A model generated the notes under the pieces. It did no database searches and was not told where the DNA came from. It saw nothing but the letters and a program-made list of their open reading frames with translations. DNA of 60,654 nucleotides, counting the filler, from Dugesia japonica (lineage: Eukaryota): the NCBI GenBank assembly GCA_001938525.1. It is 6 parts of 6 records of this genome, joined end to end, with 100 filler letters (N's around TTAATTAATTAA, not from the genome) between each part and the next. Parts side by side here need not be neighbours in the genome. Positions count along the whole stretch, not along the records: positions 31,489 to 40,587 come from MQRL01588408.1; positions 40,688 to 49,186 come from MQRL01488292.1; 4 more parts are not named here. The stretch is one strand, 5' to 3'. The position numbers and the translations under genes were made by a program. Each line of letters starts with the position of its first letter. Positions within the stretch are counted from its first letter, which is position 1. This document shows positions 36,201 through 49,286 of this stretch, in pieces.

Positions 36201-39200
36201 TAAATGTTAATTACTTTAGATCTTTAAAAAATTACTTCAATCCCGCTACTCCATCAACCAACATTTCATCCTTTGTCAATGTACCAGTTTTATCAAAACA
36301 ATTATTTATTTCGTATACGTTTAGTTTTATCGCGTAAGCATTGTTTTTGCTAATTGTAAACAATTATGAAGCAGTATTACGAATATTTTATAAATATTAT
36401 TTGATCAATTTTTTGTTTTTGATAGTATTTCGAATTTTCGACTTTGTCTTCGATAGTAAATGAAAAACAAAAAAAATTTGATCGAAAGTTTTATTTTAAT
36501 GAAATCTCAAATGCGACCAATGGTTAAGTCCAACATTTATTCTTGCAATAATTCTTGTAATTGTAAAATTCCATACATAATTCAAAAAACTGAGAATATT
36601 TAGAGATCTATTAAGTTGAAATTAAATCAGATTTTACGAAACTATATCATGTTTTCTGATATGATTTCAATGAATACTATAAAATAAGTTAATCAATTTA
36701 ATTCAAGTTTCAGAGAAACAAACAGCACCTTTTAACAGCTTTAACCGAAAAAAAAATATTTATATAACACATAATTTGTAAATTAAAAATCTTGATAAAG
36801 TAAAAGTCATGAAATAGAATGAAAATTTAATTTGTATTTTACCATTAAAAATTTATCATTTTAATTGACAATCATAATATAAAATAGTGCAATAATTAAA
36901 ATATTAATTTACCTTTAATCCATACATATGATGCTGCTATAATTGCGAATATTAGCAAAAATAAAATAAACATAAATGTTTCAATATTATTAGCAGTAAC
37001 TCTTTTCACACTGTATAAAATAGTTTTCAGAAGTCTCCCTTGTGATGAATTGAATCCGGTTCTGAGAACATAAGCTATACACCCATTATCAGGAGCTAAA
37101 AACGTAGAATATAAATTTTATAAAAATAAAAGTTTTTTTTTATGAAAGTATCTTAAAATTGTTTCGTAGAAACATAAAATTATTATTTGAAAATAATAAC
37201 TTTGAAATATGAAATTATTTTCGTGTTTTCAGTTTTAATTTATTTAATTAACTTAATGAATTTCTAAATGTAATGTGTTGCATTGTTTTAACGTCGCGCT
37301 ATTTAAGCCTACGTTCTTTTGTCGTTGCGTCGTTTCGTTACAGAGCCTAACGATCTTTTGTTAAATTTTTCATCGAGGTAATAATTGTCAATCATAAACT
37401 TTTATAATTAGGTTCATATTTCTAATATTTGATGGATTTTCTTGAACTAATTTTTGAAAAGTAATTAAATAATTAGTATGTCATTCAGAAAGTAATGGCT
37501 GATTTTCAATAATCCAGAATTTCAAGAATATATATTACCAATCGAATTTTTAAGTTAATATAACTAACAACCATGTTTTCTATATATTGAAAAGGTTTTT
37601 CATGGAAATTATTTTACTTTTAAGTTATCAGTGGACGAACTAGTTACCACGGACAGAATCGATATTCGTACCATTATACTTCACGAATTTAAACTCGTCA
37701 CAATTCAAACTAGACAACTGAAAATATACTTTTTGGAGAAATCGTGCTGCATCTCAGGGTTCTATGCAGAGATGGTTCTAGAAGTTTCGAAGTGAAAATA
37801 AGTATCTTAAAGATAAAGAAAGAACCACACGACCTACTGCTGTTGATGACGCTGTTTTAAAACAAAAAGTCCAGCAAAGTAAGGTGTAGATCCAAGGTTA
37901 TGTGTATCAAAGATATCAGCAAAGATAAAGTCAAGATAAACGGGTGCCACATAATTTTGTGAATATCAACAATTCTCCTCAGAAAATATTCCACCGATCC
38001 CTTCTTGGATTGCATCATTACTTGTGATGAGAAGTGTATTATTTATGATTATCGCAAACGTTCTGCATAATGGTTATCAATTGATGAGTCCCCTAAGCCT
38101 TTCCCAAAAATGAAGCTCTATCCGAAGAAGTCTAGGCTTACTGTATGGTAAGCTGCGGGTGTCATTAACTCTTCTTACACCCAGCCTGGAGAGACAATCG
38201 TTGCAGGAAATGCACAAAACTCGGTGCAAAAATAGCCTGCTTTGGTCAATCGAAAAAATTCACTTCTCATTCACGACAACACACGTTCCCATGTTTCACG
38301 AATGGTCATCCAAAAACTTTGAAACTCTTGCTCACCCATCATACTCACCAGACCTGGCTCCCACAGTTTAAACATCTTGATCAATTCTTGAGAAATAAAA
38401 TGTTCAAAATCAATGCGATATCGAAGCAGCATTTAAAATTTTCATTGACTCAATAAATTCAGATTTTCTTCAAATAAATATCAATGAAATTTTATCATGT
38501 TAGAAAAATGAATAGATTCCAATAATAAAACTTTTGAAATGGATTTAGTTATGACAGTTAAAAATTTGGTTTCGAAATCCGCCAATACTTTCCGAATGAC
38601 AATAAAAATTAAACTTTTAAATAATAAAATAGAGTGTTAATATGTAAAATTTGCAATGCTTCCCAACCGGTGTGCGCCAGCATTCATCAAGTTTGTTATA
38701 CAAATAAAGTGAACTCAGAAATGTGTCATTAACATGAGGTTGGGAAACACTGGATTTTATAATGTAAATAATATTAATATAATACATATCAATTATCTCA
38801 GTAACCTGATTTAGGTTTAATTAATGTAAATGAATTAACCATTAATTCATTAACCACTTAACACTCTATGACGTTATTAGACGCGCACTGTCCACTGGCA
38901 GAAATGCTCAGTGACGTAATAGGGCGCGATTCATTTATTTACATACAAACGCGTTTAAAAAGTATATACTTCAAATTTCTGGATTAAAAACTTTTTTTTT
39001 TACTATAACACTTAAAAAATTGGTCATTAAGCGGTTAAATTCTGAAATTTGTTTAAAATCGTGATTAATATTAATTAATAGTATTTAATAATAATGGTAA
39101 TATAAAAGAATTTTCTCAATTTGAAATAATAAATTTACATTTCAATTTATTGATGCCCTTTGTTGGGGGTGTATGCTGAACTATTTTAGTTCCACCTGAG

Positions 39201-39488
39201 AGAATATGTAGTTTACTTTCATCGTCCATATTTAAAGTCATATTTTCATCAACTTCCTCAACTGATTCCTAATAATAAAGTTTTATATTGAAATTTTGAA
39301 ATTTTAATTACTTTCATTACTGGCACCGATTCACCAGTAAGCATTGATTCATCCACAATGCATGATCCTCTTAATAATAACATATCACAAGGAATTAAAT
39401 TATCCGATTTCAATCTTGACAAAGAAACAATATCACCAGCAACAATTTCATCGGTACATATTTGTATCCATTTTCTACATCTGTAAAC
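33263..39488 (-). CDS. ATP13A1: P5A-type ATPase, partial; exons 39488-39312, 39268-39139, 37095-36913, 34725-34588, 34538-34418, 34347-33888, 33845-33611, 33565-33263
   Basis: [20 protein letters not shown] (P5A signature), [42 protein letters not shown]; GT-AG junctions at all listed exons. Confidence 0.95.
35120..36155 (+). mobile_element. Degenerate mariner transposon in ATP13A1 intron
   Basis: [36 protein letters not shown]. Confidence 0.9.
36157..36301 (-). pseudogene. Intragenic duplicate of ATP13A1 segment 34339-34483 (intron plus partial DKTGT exon)
   Basis: Near-identical ~145-bp direct copy with a few substitutions. Confidence 0.9.
37477..38604 (+). mobile_element. Degenerate mariner transposon with TIRs
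   Basis: TGTCATTCAGAAAGTAATGGCTGATTT / AAATCCGCCAATACTTTCCGAATGACA; [23 protein letters not shown]. Confidence 0.88.
38654..38752. mobile_element. hAT (Charlie-like) MITE
   Basis: CAATGCTTCCCAACC ... GGTTGGGAAACACTG inverted ends. Confidence 0.7.
38850..39038. mobile_element. piggyBac-like MITE
   Basis: TTAA|CCACTTAA ... TTAAGCGG|TTAA. Confidence 0.6.
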
Positions 39489-40061
39489 CTAAAATCCGAT
39501 TCAATTTAAAGATGAAAATGAAATTTAAAAATGCCAACAAATATTTTAATTCAAATCACTTACATAATTTCTAAAAAAATCAGAATTTAAAATATTCTTA
39601 CAGCGTTAAAATAGAAAATTGCGAAAAGCAATAGTTCATTATACAAAATTGTTATCAAACTTTGGTCCACAGTTTCGGGGGGGGCGTAAGAGAATTACTT
39701 TCCCGAGATATTTCGCATTCCATTCATAAATCGGCTACCCTGGGATATCTCGCTTAACTATGCACGAAGGTTAAGCATTCATTCACCACATGGCGCTTAT
39801 GTTCGCGTATAATGTATTTTATAGTGATTACTCTTGCTCAAATCTTTACTTTTCGTTAGACCACTAAGATCAACGATCTGGTCTGGTCTAAAATCAGCAA
39901 GTGTTTGTCTAGATTGCGCAAGAAATACGGGGGAAAATTTGGTGATTTCCGACAAGAATTTTAGTTAATCTGTAAACTTTAAAAACGTCGCCATTAAAAA
40001 AATTTCAATAAGACCGCGACACAAAAAATTCAAGAAAAGTTTGAAAATTACCGCACTAGAA

Positions 40062-40250
40062 CAGTGTTTCTTAAACTATTGGTTGCGATCTCAATTGGGA
40101 TCGCGAAAAATTATTCACTACAAATTCATTACTGATTTTATTTTGTTGTGGTTTTTTGTAGAAAAACTTTTAATAATCTGGGGTCACAAATATATATATA
40201 TATATTATATTATATTGAAGTCTTCAATGAAAAAAATTTAAGAAACCCTG
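40062..40250. mobile_element. hAT (Charlie-like) MITE
   Basis: CAGTGTTTCTTAAA ... TTTAAGAAACCCTG, flanked by CTAG-containing sites. Confidence 0.7.
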
Positions 40251-40587
40251 CTCTAGTCAATAGTAAATGAATATTAGGTTATTCAAATTATTTAATTATG
40301 CTAATAACATTTAATTTAATAAGATATAATTTGCAAAAATGTATTATGAATTTATTAAATACATATTTCCTTAATAATTTAGTAACTAAATAAAAAGATT
40401 ACTTAATACAACTTACAAATGAAAAATTAATTTTCTCTTTATTGATGTTCAAATTAAAGGACTCTAAACTCTGAACCCATCATACATTTAAATTTGTATG
40501 AAACGTTAGAAATTTTTCAATTAAACTTTTTTATACAATCTTGTAAAAATTTATTTTTCAGTCCGCAAAATTTTTTTGTTGCTTTCC

Positions 40588-40687
40588 NNNNNNNNNNNNN
40601 NNNNNNNNNNNNNNNNNNNNNNNNNNNNNNNTTAATTAATTAANNNNNNNNNNNNNNNNNNNNNNNNNNNNNNNNNNNNNNNNNNNN
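40588..40687. other. Artificial contig spacer
   Basis: N44-TTAATTAATTAA-N44. Confidence 0.97.
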
Positions 40688-40896
40688 ATAATGTATTATA
40701 TTGATAAAGTAGTAAAATATCGAAGTATTTTAATATTTATGCAATAAACGATTAATACATTATTTGCATTCGGAATCAATAACTAGTAAATTAATCAATA
40801 ATAACTTTGGTTAAAATCTTTGAAAATCAATCTATAATTAATGGTTCAATAGATAGATAATCTTAACTTTTTTTTTATCATTTTGACAATAATCAG

Positions 40897-41096
40897 CACT
40901 AATTTACGCCACTGTGTTTGGGAATGTGACTACGATTCTTCATCAAATGTATTCTTCAAAGGCGCGTTATCAAGAGATGATGAATAACATAAAAGAATTC
41001 ATTCGTATTCATGATGTTCCACTTGAATTAGGAGAAAGAGTTTTGGACTATGTTACATCATCATGGGCAATAACAAAAGGAATCGACACTGATAAA
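40897..41096 (+). CDS. EAG-family (KCNH1/5-like) K+ channel exon, S6/C-linker
   Basis: LIYATVFGNVTTILHQMYS...ERVLDYVTSSWAITKGIDTDK; AG/GT flanks. Confidence 0.92.
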
Positions 41097-41649
41097 GTAA
41101 ATTAATAGTATATGTATGTATTTGCATTAGTAACTTTTCATTACACTATTTCATGTTTTATTCGTCAAATTAAACATATTTATAAAGCAACTTTATTTTT
41201 GAAAATGTTTTGTATTAAATTCAAATTTATAAATTTGTACTAATATTTATTAATCAATATAAACAATGAAATTTAATAACTTTATTAATTTAATTAAAAT
41301 TAATGTTATTTGTGATTTTATTACATTAGATCACTTGAAACTTCATCTTAACTGAAAATCAATAATGATAAATTAATATTAATCAATAGTGATTTTCTAC
41401 AAACAAACAAGGGATTTATAAACATATTAGATAGATTTGTTTGCTTGAAAAAATTATTATAGATATTAGTGGTCCCTATTAAAAAATTATATAGTTCAAA
41501 AACACTTATTTAATACACTTTATATCAATTCATTGCTATTCTTAGTTTTGATTAAATTATATTGATTTACTGTTATATTCATTGATTATAGAGTTGAAAT
41601 TAATCGGTATTATTTGAGACTTTCATCACCAGGTGAAATTTTAATTAAA

Positions 41650-44415
41650 ATAATCAATATTTACAGTTAAGAAGGAATAATCAAAAAATTATTATTTAGA
41701 TAATAAAATGACTTGATTTGAATAGTTACTTTATTATTTCCATATTTATTTTACTTTTTGTTGAAAATCTGTACTCATCTGATTATACTAATTTCATTAA
41801 TTTTTTAATTGAAAAATAGGTTTTATCGAAAATAATTCAAATTGTATATTTTTTTCTCAAAAATTTTATCCATCATTAACTTAAAATTTAAGAAAAATAT
41901 AAATAACAATATTTTAAAATAAATCAGAAAATAATTATTTAAAAGATTTTAGAAATCAATTTTACCAAAAAATTATTTTCAGTAAAATTTATAACAATAT
42001 ATAATTATGAAAATTTTAAAATTAATAATTCTGATAATATTCACATTAAGTAATTTTATTATTATCTTCAACTCATTAATTAATAAATATTAATAACTGA
42101 ATGAATTATTTTTCATAATAAATTTAATTGAATTATTTTTCATAATAAAATTAATTTAATTACTTAATGGAATAAATTAATTGAATTAATTTTACACACT
42201 AATCTATTATATTATTATTAAATTTTAAAACAAACAAACAAACGATTCCATTTAATTTTTCATTTATTGTTTACACTACTATCAAGTGTTGTTTTTTTTT
42301 AATTCACTGTAAATATTAATTAATCATTTTATTCTGCATAATAAACGTGAAAGAAAACAATTTATTTGTTTTGTATTTACAGTGGAAAATCAATAAAAAT
42401 GCCAACATTTATTGTGCCACAGCTCAATAAACAAATCTCGCATAATGTTCATAGTGGGAAAACTCAAAACCCCACTGATCGAGAAAAATAAAAAAAGCAA
42501 TACAGAAAACCACAAATGCATGATCCCAAGAGTTGATTTCCATAGAAAAACGATAATTAACCAAAAAGAATTGGAGTATTAAATAATTAATTAAGTGAGA
42601 ATTATTATCATATTGTATCGTGAGCGATAGCAAATTAGTTGATAGTCAATTTGGATATCTGTAGAATCTCTAACAATAACCTGCCTAATCAAAGTGTTCC
42701 AGAAAAAGATAAACCTATAAATGATACGATAAGCATGCAGTGACAGACTTTTGATTTCAATTATTAATAGCATTAAAAATATTTACAACAATTTCAATTT
42801 GATATTTTTCTGTGACTCACTAAGTTGAACTATGAGATAAATTCAATAAATTGAGAATTTGTAACATATGCTAAATAAATAAATACTTTGTGGATCACTC
42901 TCACATTCGCAATTCAGTTAGAAAACAGAAAAGGAAGTTTTTCAAAGCGTATATATTTGATATTTAACTTTGATATTTATATTTAGAGAATAATTTGCAT
43001 TTCAATCAAATAACTACGTAATCAATCAATATTCTATTCATTATTTTGAGAATAATTATAACTCAGATTCCTATAATCTAAACTCAGTACAGAATATAAG
43101 CAATTTATAAATTTATATAGGGTGGCGCAAAAGTCACACGTAATAGGAAATTTAAAAATTCTGTTTTTTGATGATTTATCATATTTATTATTATTTTATT
43201 ATTCATTTATTATACATGATAGAAAATTTTAATTGATTATTAATGTTATACTATAATAATATTAATTCTGTTATATCTAGAATAAATTATGGAAGCTAAA
43301 TTACCATAAATAAATCAAATGGAAAGTCGTGCACCATAGAACATTTTTCTTAATTATAAAAATAACAGTTTATTACAATAAGTGTTCAAACTGAATACCC
43401 TGAGCATGTAAACACTCTTGAATTCGGTGTACACAAGGAGTCTGGACATTTTGCAACACTTGGACATTGATCTTGGAGAATTCCAATATTATTCTTTCTT
43501 TGAAATCTAAGACGTTTCTAAGGTAGTTTAAAACAACAACGGAGTTCAGGTAAGTCCAGAGAAAGAAGTCGAGAGGCATAGGATATGGAGACCTAGATGG
43601 CCATTCTTTAGCTACCTTAACTACTTGTTTGGAAATGAAACATACAAAAAATTGAGAACTATTAAAGAAAAATTTGGTGGTGCACCATCGTGCATAAGCC
43701 TCATATTTGCTAGTTTTTGCAATTAATACCTTTTCAAAATAGGCATTAACAATATCTGTAACATATACAAATAACTTCTTCCATGCCATTAACTTAAAAA
43801 AAATATGGACTGAAGAGATGTTTATCCAAATATTCGGCACACATTACTTTAGTGTCATGTTGCAAGTGAGTTGCCTCTATTCCATGACGGTTTATGTCAG
43901 AACCGTAACGTACATTATGCATAATGATATGATTACTGAGGTAAAATGTCACTTCGTCACTGAAGATAATATGAGAAATAAGGTTAATTAATGATTTAAT
44001 TAATGAGTTTTAGGAATTTTTAAAATTACCAAGTGTAAATATTATCAAAATTATTAATTTTAAAATTTTTATAATTTTAGAATTTAACTTTTCTTAAAAA
44101 AATGTTTTGATAAAACTGATTTTTGAATTTTTTTAGATTTACTTTATAATATTCGAATATCTTATTTAGATTTTTCTTAAATTTTGTGTTTAATGATAAA
44201 AATAAGATAAAAATAATAAAATAAAAATTTAAAAAAAACACTTCAATTNATTTTCCATAAAATATATTTTTCAATTAAAAAATTAATGAAATTAGAATAA
44301 TCAACAAAAAGTAAAATAAATATGGAAATAATAAAGTAACTATTCTAATCAAGTCATTTTATTATCTAAATAATGATTTTCAATTATTCATACTTAACAG
44401 TGAATATTGATTTTT
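41650..44415. mobile_element. Foldback-like element with ~430-bp imperfect inverted repeats (41650-42090 / 43985-44415)
   Basis: ATTTAGATAATAAAATGACTTGATT...TTTCCATATTTATTTTACTTTTTGTTGA matches the reverse complement of 44300-44375. Confidence 0.75.
43117..43985 (-). mobile_element. Tc1/mariner-superfamily (WPxRSPDL-type) transposase relic nested in the foldback element
   Basis: WPSRSPYPMPLDFFLW...RIQECLHAQGIQFEHLL; TA-flanked end near 43117. Confidence 0.8.
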
Positions 44416-44439
44416 ACTTTCTGAAGATTTGAAGAAACA

Positions 44440-47400
44440 AATGACAGTTCAAATTTTGAATATGATGAAGCGAGTTGTGATTATGAAAAGGTATCTGAAG
44501 ATAATTATTGATTTCAAAATTGATTCTAAAAATGAAAACTGAATTAAAGAAGCTAACAAAAAGAAGTGCCAATTATCCAGTTGGATAAGTATATTTGAGG
44601 ATGAAGACACAAATTTATGATTCACAAAAATAGGTATCAATGATATCAGATACAAGACGCACATCCACGCCAAAATATTCAATAGTCAAAGGTAAAGTAG
44701 AACAACAAGAAGAGAAAATTTTACGGATTTAAGATCATTGACTATTATCTTAGATTTAAAGCTGTTTGAAAATATTCGAAAAAATAAGTAGTTAAACTGT
44801 TTCGATAAAATAGGACGTTAACAGTAGGTAGATGTGTGAGCATCAGATCACATCTATTCACTGTTAACATATGCAAATGGTTCACTGATTAAGGTAATTC
44901 AATATTCTTTTATAAATCTAACTAAAGAAAATAAAACTGATAGAATTAAGAGGTTTATTGTATGTAAACTTTTCACCAAAGTCATAACAGCAATAGAAGA
45001 TATAAAAAAATGAACATTTTTATTTTATCAAAAATAGACTGTGTGGAAAAGTAGAGAGCACTGTATCCGAAAATCCAGATAAAAGTGCCATAAGTGTAAA
45101 AGGAGCTCAGATGTATAATGTGAAAGTTATATTAGATAGAGTTACAATTATACAATAAGTAGAAGTAACTGTTTTAGTCAGTGCAGATAGTAATATTTTT
45201 TGTTTGAAAGAAGTTTTATTTAGCCATTGTAAATATTTGTTAATTAATATAGTTGTTTTATAGTTGATAATATTATTTCTTTTGTTAGGGGTTCTGGTAA
45301 AATCCCAGTAAGAATAATTAAATTAAATAAAAATATTACAATGCTTAGCAATACGAAATAAAGTTTTATTGAGATTGTTGATGATAAGGAATTTAATATT
45401 GGAAATATTAATAAAATATATCAAGATACTGGGTTGATGCACATCCTATGCATAATAGATGCAATTATGAACAGAATTTTAGTTGATATTGATACAAATT
45501 CAAAATATAATGTAATAAAAATATTAACGGAGTTTAAAGATATGTTTAGCAAAGGTAATTATGATATCGGACAATATCCAATTTCTAAAACACGAGCTAG
45601 ATGTCATTGATAGCAGGTACATACTAGAGCACTGCATCAACCCTCTCTTCGGGATAGAAATTTTTGTAGTGCTGAATTTGATTGGTCGAAATATTTTATT
45701 CAAATTTTTTTTAATTTTTATTTTATTTACTTATTTATTTTGTTATTATTTTCTTTTCCAGTTGTGAAATGTTTTATTTTACTGTTAGAAATTTTAGTGG
45801 AATACACTCTATTTACCCTCCCCGATTTCTATTAGGAAATGAAAGAGTTCGGATAGAGAAAAATTTTGACTCTATTGACATTACACACTAGATAAGTAGT
45901 ACTTTTCTCATAAATTGTTGTAGACAATCCACCCAACTCAATTCAGCTCAATTGAAACTCAATTGATAATAATCAATATAAATTTTTGTATGAAAAAATT
46001 TCAAAAATATTTTTTTAGTGATCTCCAAAGAAACAGGAAAATGAAATTCAGAAACTATAAAAAAGAGAATAATTTATTCGACAAATTTTGTTTTTTGAAA
46101 TTTGTTTTTCATTTTAGTTATTTACTTTTATTTAGTTAATTACTTGGTTAATTATTTGGTTTTTTTTATTAAAGTTGTTTAGTTTGTAATTAAAATTTTT
46201 TTTAAAGATTTGATGCAATGCAAATACATTACGAGTGCAAAGATAACAAAGAAATATATAAATAAAGTTAATATGTACGTGTTATAAAAATGAATATAGG
46301 TAACATAATAGATGAGACGGCTGAATATATTTATATAAGTTATTCATTTTCTATGGAAACAAAGGAAACAGTAAAAAGTATAGAACTGTAGTCCGGGCAG
46401 GTCATTATTTAATTCAAAGAACGATAGAATTAATAGAGTAAATAAATAATGCTTGTGAGATCGTATATCGATCATCATTAATATCACAAATATTGAATTT
46501 AAATACCAATGATGAGTTGTAGAATTTTCAAAGGGTTTGCAATTATTACAGAAGATTTATTTGGAGATATGCCAAATTTGTTAATCCTCCAGAAGATTTG
46601 TTAAGAAATGCGAACATGGCGAGAAACAGAAAAAAGTATGTGTAAAATGCGAAGAATTTCATATTTAATTTTTCACAAGTTTTGAAACTTGCTCTAACAA
46701 GCGCACCAGTTTTATCGTTCCTAAACAGTAATGATATTTTTGTATTTGTTACAGATGCTAGTTATTTTGCAATGGGAGCAGTTTTTTGTCAAATTCAAGG
46801 TAACGGAGAAAAAATAATATACCACTGATCTTAAAAATCTCTGAAATCAAAAGAATGTATTGTATCCTCAGAAAAGAACTCATGATAGTTTATTACTTTG
46901 TAAAGAAATACAAGCATTATTTTATGGAGAAAAAAATTATTATTCGTACATATCATAAAAATTTAACATGGATGTTTTATTAGAAAAGATCAAATATATA
47001 GAGTAAAAAAACTATATTCAGTGCTGCACTTGAATTGATGAACTATGTCATTTTAAAATTTAGTATAAAATAAAGAAATAACACACAAACGCAGAAATAC
47101 TTTTCAATTTCAATGCAAACAAATCTTAACTAAATATCTAATAAATGTCTAATATGAGCGATTTAGTTGTTGATGATTATTAAAAGTCAGTGAATTAAAA
47201 GATAGTCATATGGATAGTCATATAATTAAAAGAAAATTGATGATATTCTAAGTTATTTGTACGGTTGAAAATCCATNCAAATGCCAAACAAAAATGACTA
47301 ATTTCAAGTACTATCATGAATGGACAAACATAGATAAAGATACGGAAAAATTTGTAGCAAAGCATGCCATGTACTGAGAAAAAGCAGGCAAATAAAATGG

Positions 47401-48100
47401 GGTACAATATCAAAGATTCTTTTATAACGACAGAACTATTTTAAATGATATGTTGCGATATAACGGAATCACTACCAAATCCAGAGGGGTATTTAAATAT
47501 TTTAGGAATAACCTATAAATAACATCAATACCATTAAAAAATATTTCTGCAAAAATAGGTATGAAATAATATTCGAAAGATTGATAGATTGATATATAAG
47601 AAAGCTACTATTGGATTCTAAGGATAATTCATTGTGATAACAGAACACAATTTAAATTGTAAATAATGCAGTAATTGTGTAATAAATTGCAAATAAAATA
47701 ATCATTACTACCTCAATTTTTAATCAGGATGATGGGTTAATATAACCTATGTTGAGAACAGGAAAAGATAAATTATATGCATCTTGTAAATCACACAACC
47801 AATTGTGGGTTAAAGCAATTCCTTATGTTGATCTAAATATGAGATTATCAAATAGCAAACTTGAAATTTTATTTTTCGACATATTATATGGAAAAAAGAT
47901 GAATTTAAAATAGGATGTTTTAACTGCAAATTTAGAAATTAACAAAAAGAATTTTCAGAATAACTGTAAGAGAATTACTGAAAAGAGAAACAGATTCCAG
48001 AGGAAAAGAAAGCGGAAAATAAGAGTTTTACATTAATGGTTGAAGATTTGGTAATATTAAAAAAAGAGTTATTTACTTAAAAAGGATAAAGAGTACCAGA
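44440..48100 (+). mobile_element. Highly degenerate Gypsy retrotransposon
   Basis: ALTSAPVLSF, VTDASYFAMGAV, YFVKKYKHYF (RNase H) and integrase-like pieces (CLDITESLP, IHCDNRTQF). Confidence 0.75.
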
Positions 48101-49186
48101 GAAGGTAAGCAAATTTCGGATCAATTTAAAACTACACCCCAAATTTTCTCTATTTAATACAACACTCCCGATTTCCACTTTTTAGAACTACACCTTTATA
48201 CTTAATCTGTATAAGTTACAGTGTTAGAAAGTAAGTATTAAACTAAAAATATAAAATATTTAAATGAGTGCTAAATTAAGTAAAAGACTAAAACAAGTAT
48301 AAAAACAGAAAGATTTATTTAAGTTTCCAATAATCCTTTATCAACTTTAATAAATAAATTAAAATATCGACATTCACATTGTTTTTCTACATAAATTGGT
48401 TTAAATATCTTTGAAGGTGATCTTTTTAAACTCCCATAATTTTTTGTAACAATTTTTATTCTTATTCTAATAAATTCAATGTGTTGAGTAGACACTGTTA
48501 GGTAGATCTTCAATTGATAATTTATTTTCAAAATCACAACTATTTTTAGACATAATTTATTTCAATTCACACAGTTATGTCACTCATATTATCATATGAT
48601 AATAGAACTATTAAAATATTAATATACAATTAAATCGCTTTCTATTAGCTAAAATTATTAAATAATCATTTTTTCATTATATCCTCTATAAAGATAAGAG
48701 TAACACAAGATACAATTGCCAAAACTAAACAGACGTTGTCCTTCACCGTTTTTGGATCAACGTTTTATCAAAAAAATGGATATAATGGGAAAATTTAAAT
48801 TNNNNNNNNNNNNNNNNNNNNNNNNNNNNNNNNNNNNNNNNNNNNNNNNNNNNNNNNNNNNNNNNNNNNNNNNNNNNNNNNNNNNNNNNNNNNNNNNNNN
48901 NNNNNNNNNNNNNNNNNNNNNNNNNNNNNNNNNNNNNNNNNNNNNNNNNNNNNNNNNNNNNNNNNNNNNNNNNNNNNNNNNNNNNNNNNNNNNNNNNNNN
49001 NNNNNNNAATCAAATAAAAGTTTTGTATTTTAATTTATGTTCTACTTTATCTGCCAAATTTATTTGTTGTTAATTTGATTATCTGGTTGCAATTATATAC
49101 ATAATTGAACAACCAATCAAAATAAACTACGTGTGTCTAATTTGAGTAATTTAATGTGAACACATTAATTACCAAATATAGACATA

Positions 49187-49286
49187 NNNNNNNNNNNNNN
49201 NNNNNNNNNNNNNNNNNNNNNNNNNNNNNNTTAATTAATTAANNNNNNNNNNNNNNNNNNNNNNNNNNNNNNNNNNNNNNNNNNNN
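49187..49286. other. Artificial contig spacer
   Basis: N44-TTAATTAATTAA-N44. Confidence 0.97.

Noticed and set aside
39700-39755. Type III hammerhead on minus strand (perfect stem III around AUC and GAAA)
   Set aside because: No CUGANGA core (best match TTTATGA) and no credible stems I and II.
8851-49286. Recurring TTAATTAATTAA palindrome; apparent neighbourhood of dynein, virus, ATPase and channel genes
   Set aside because: Always centred in identical 100-bp N spacers, so it is an artificial join; synteny across spacers is meaningless.
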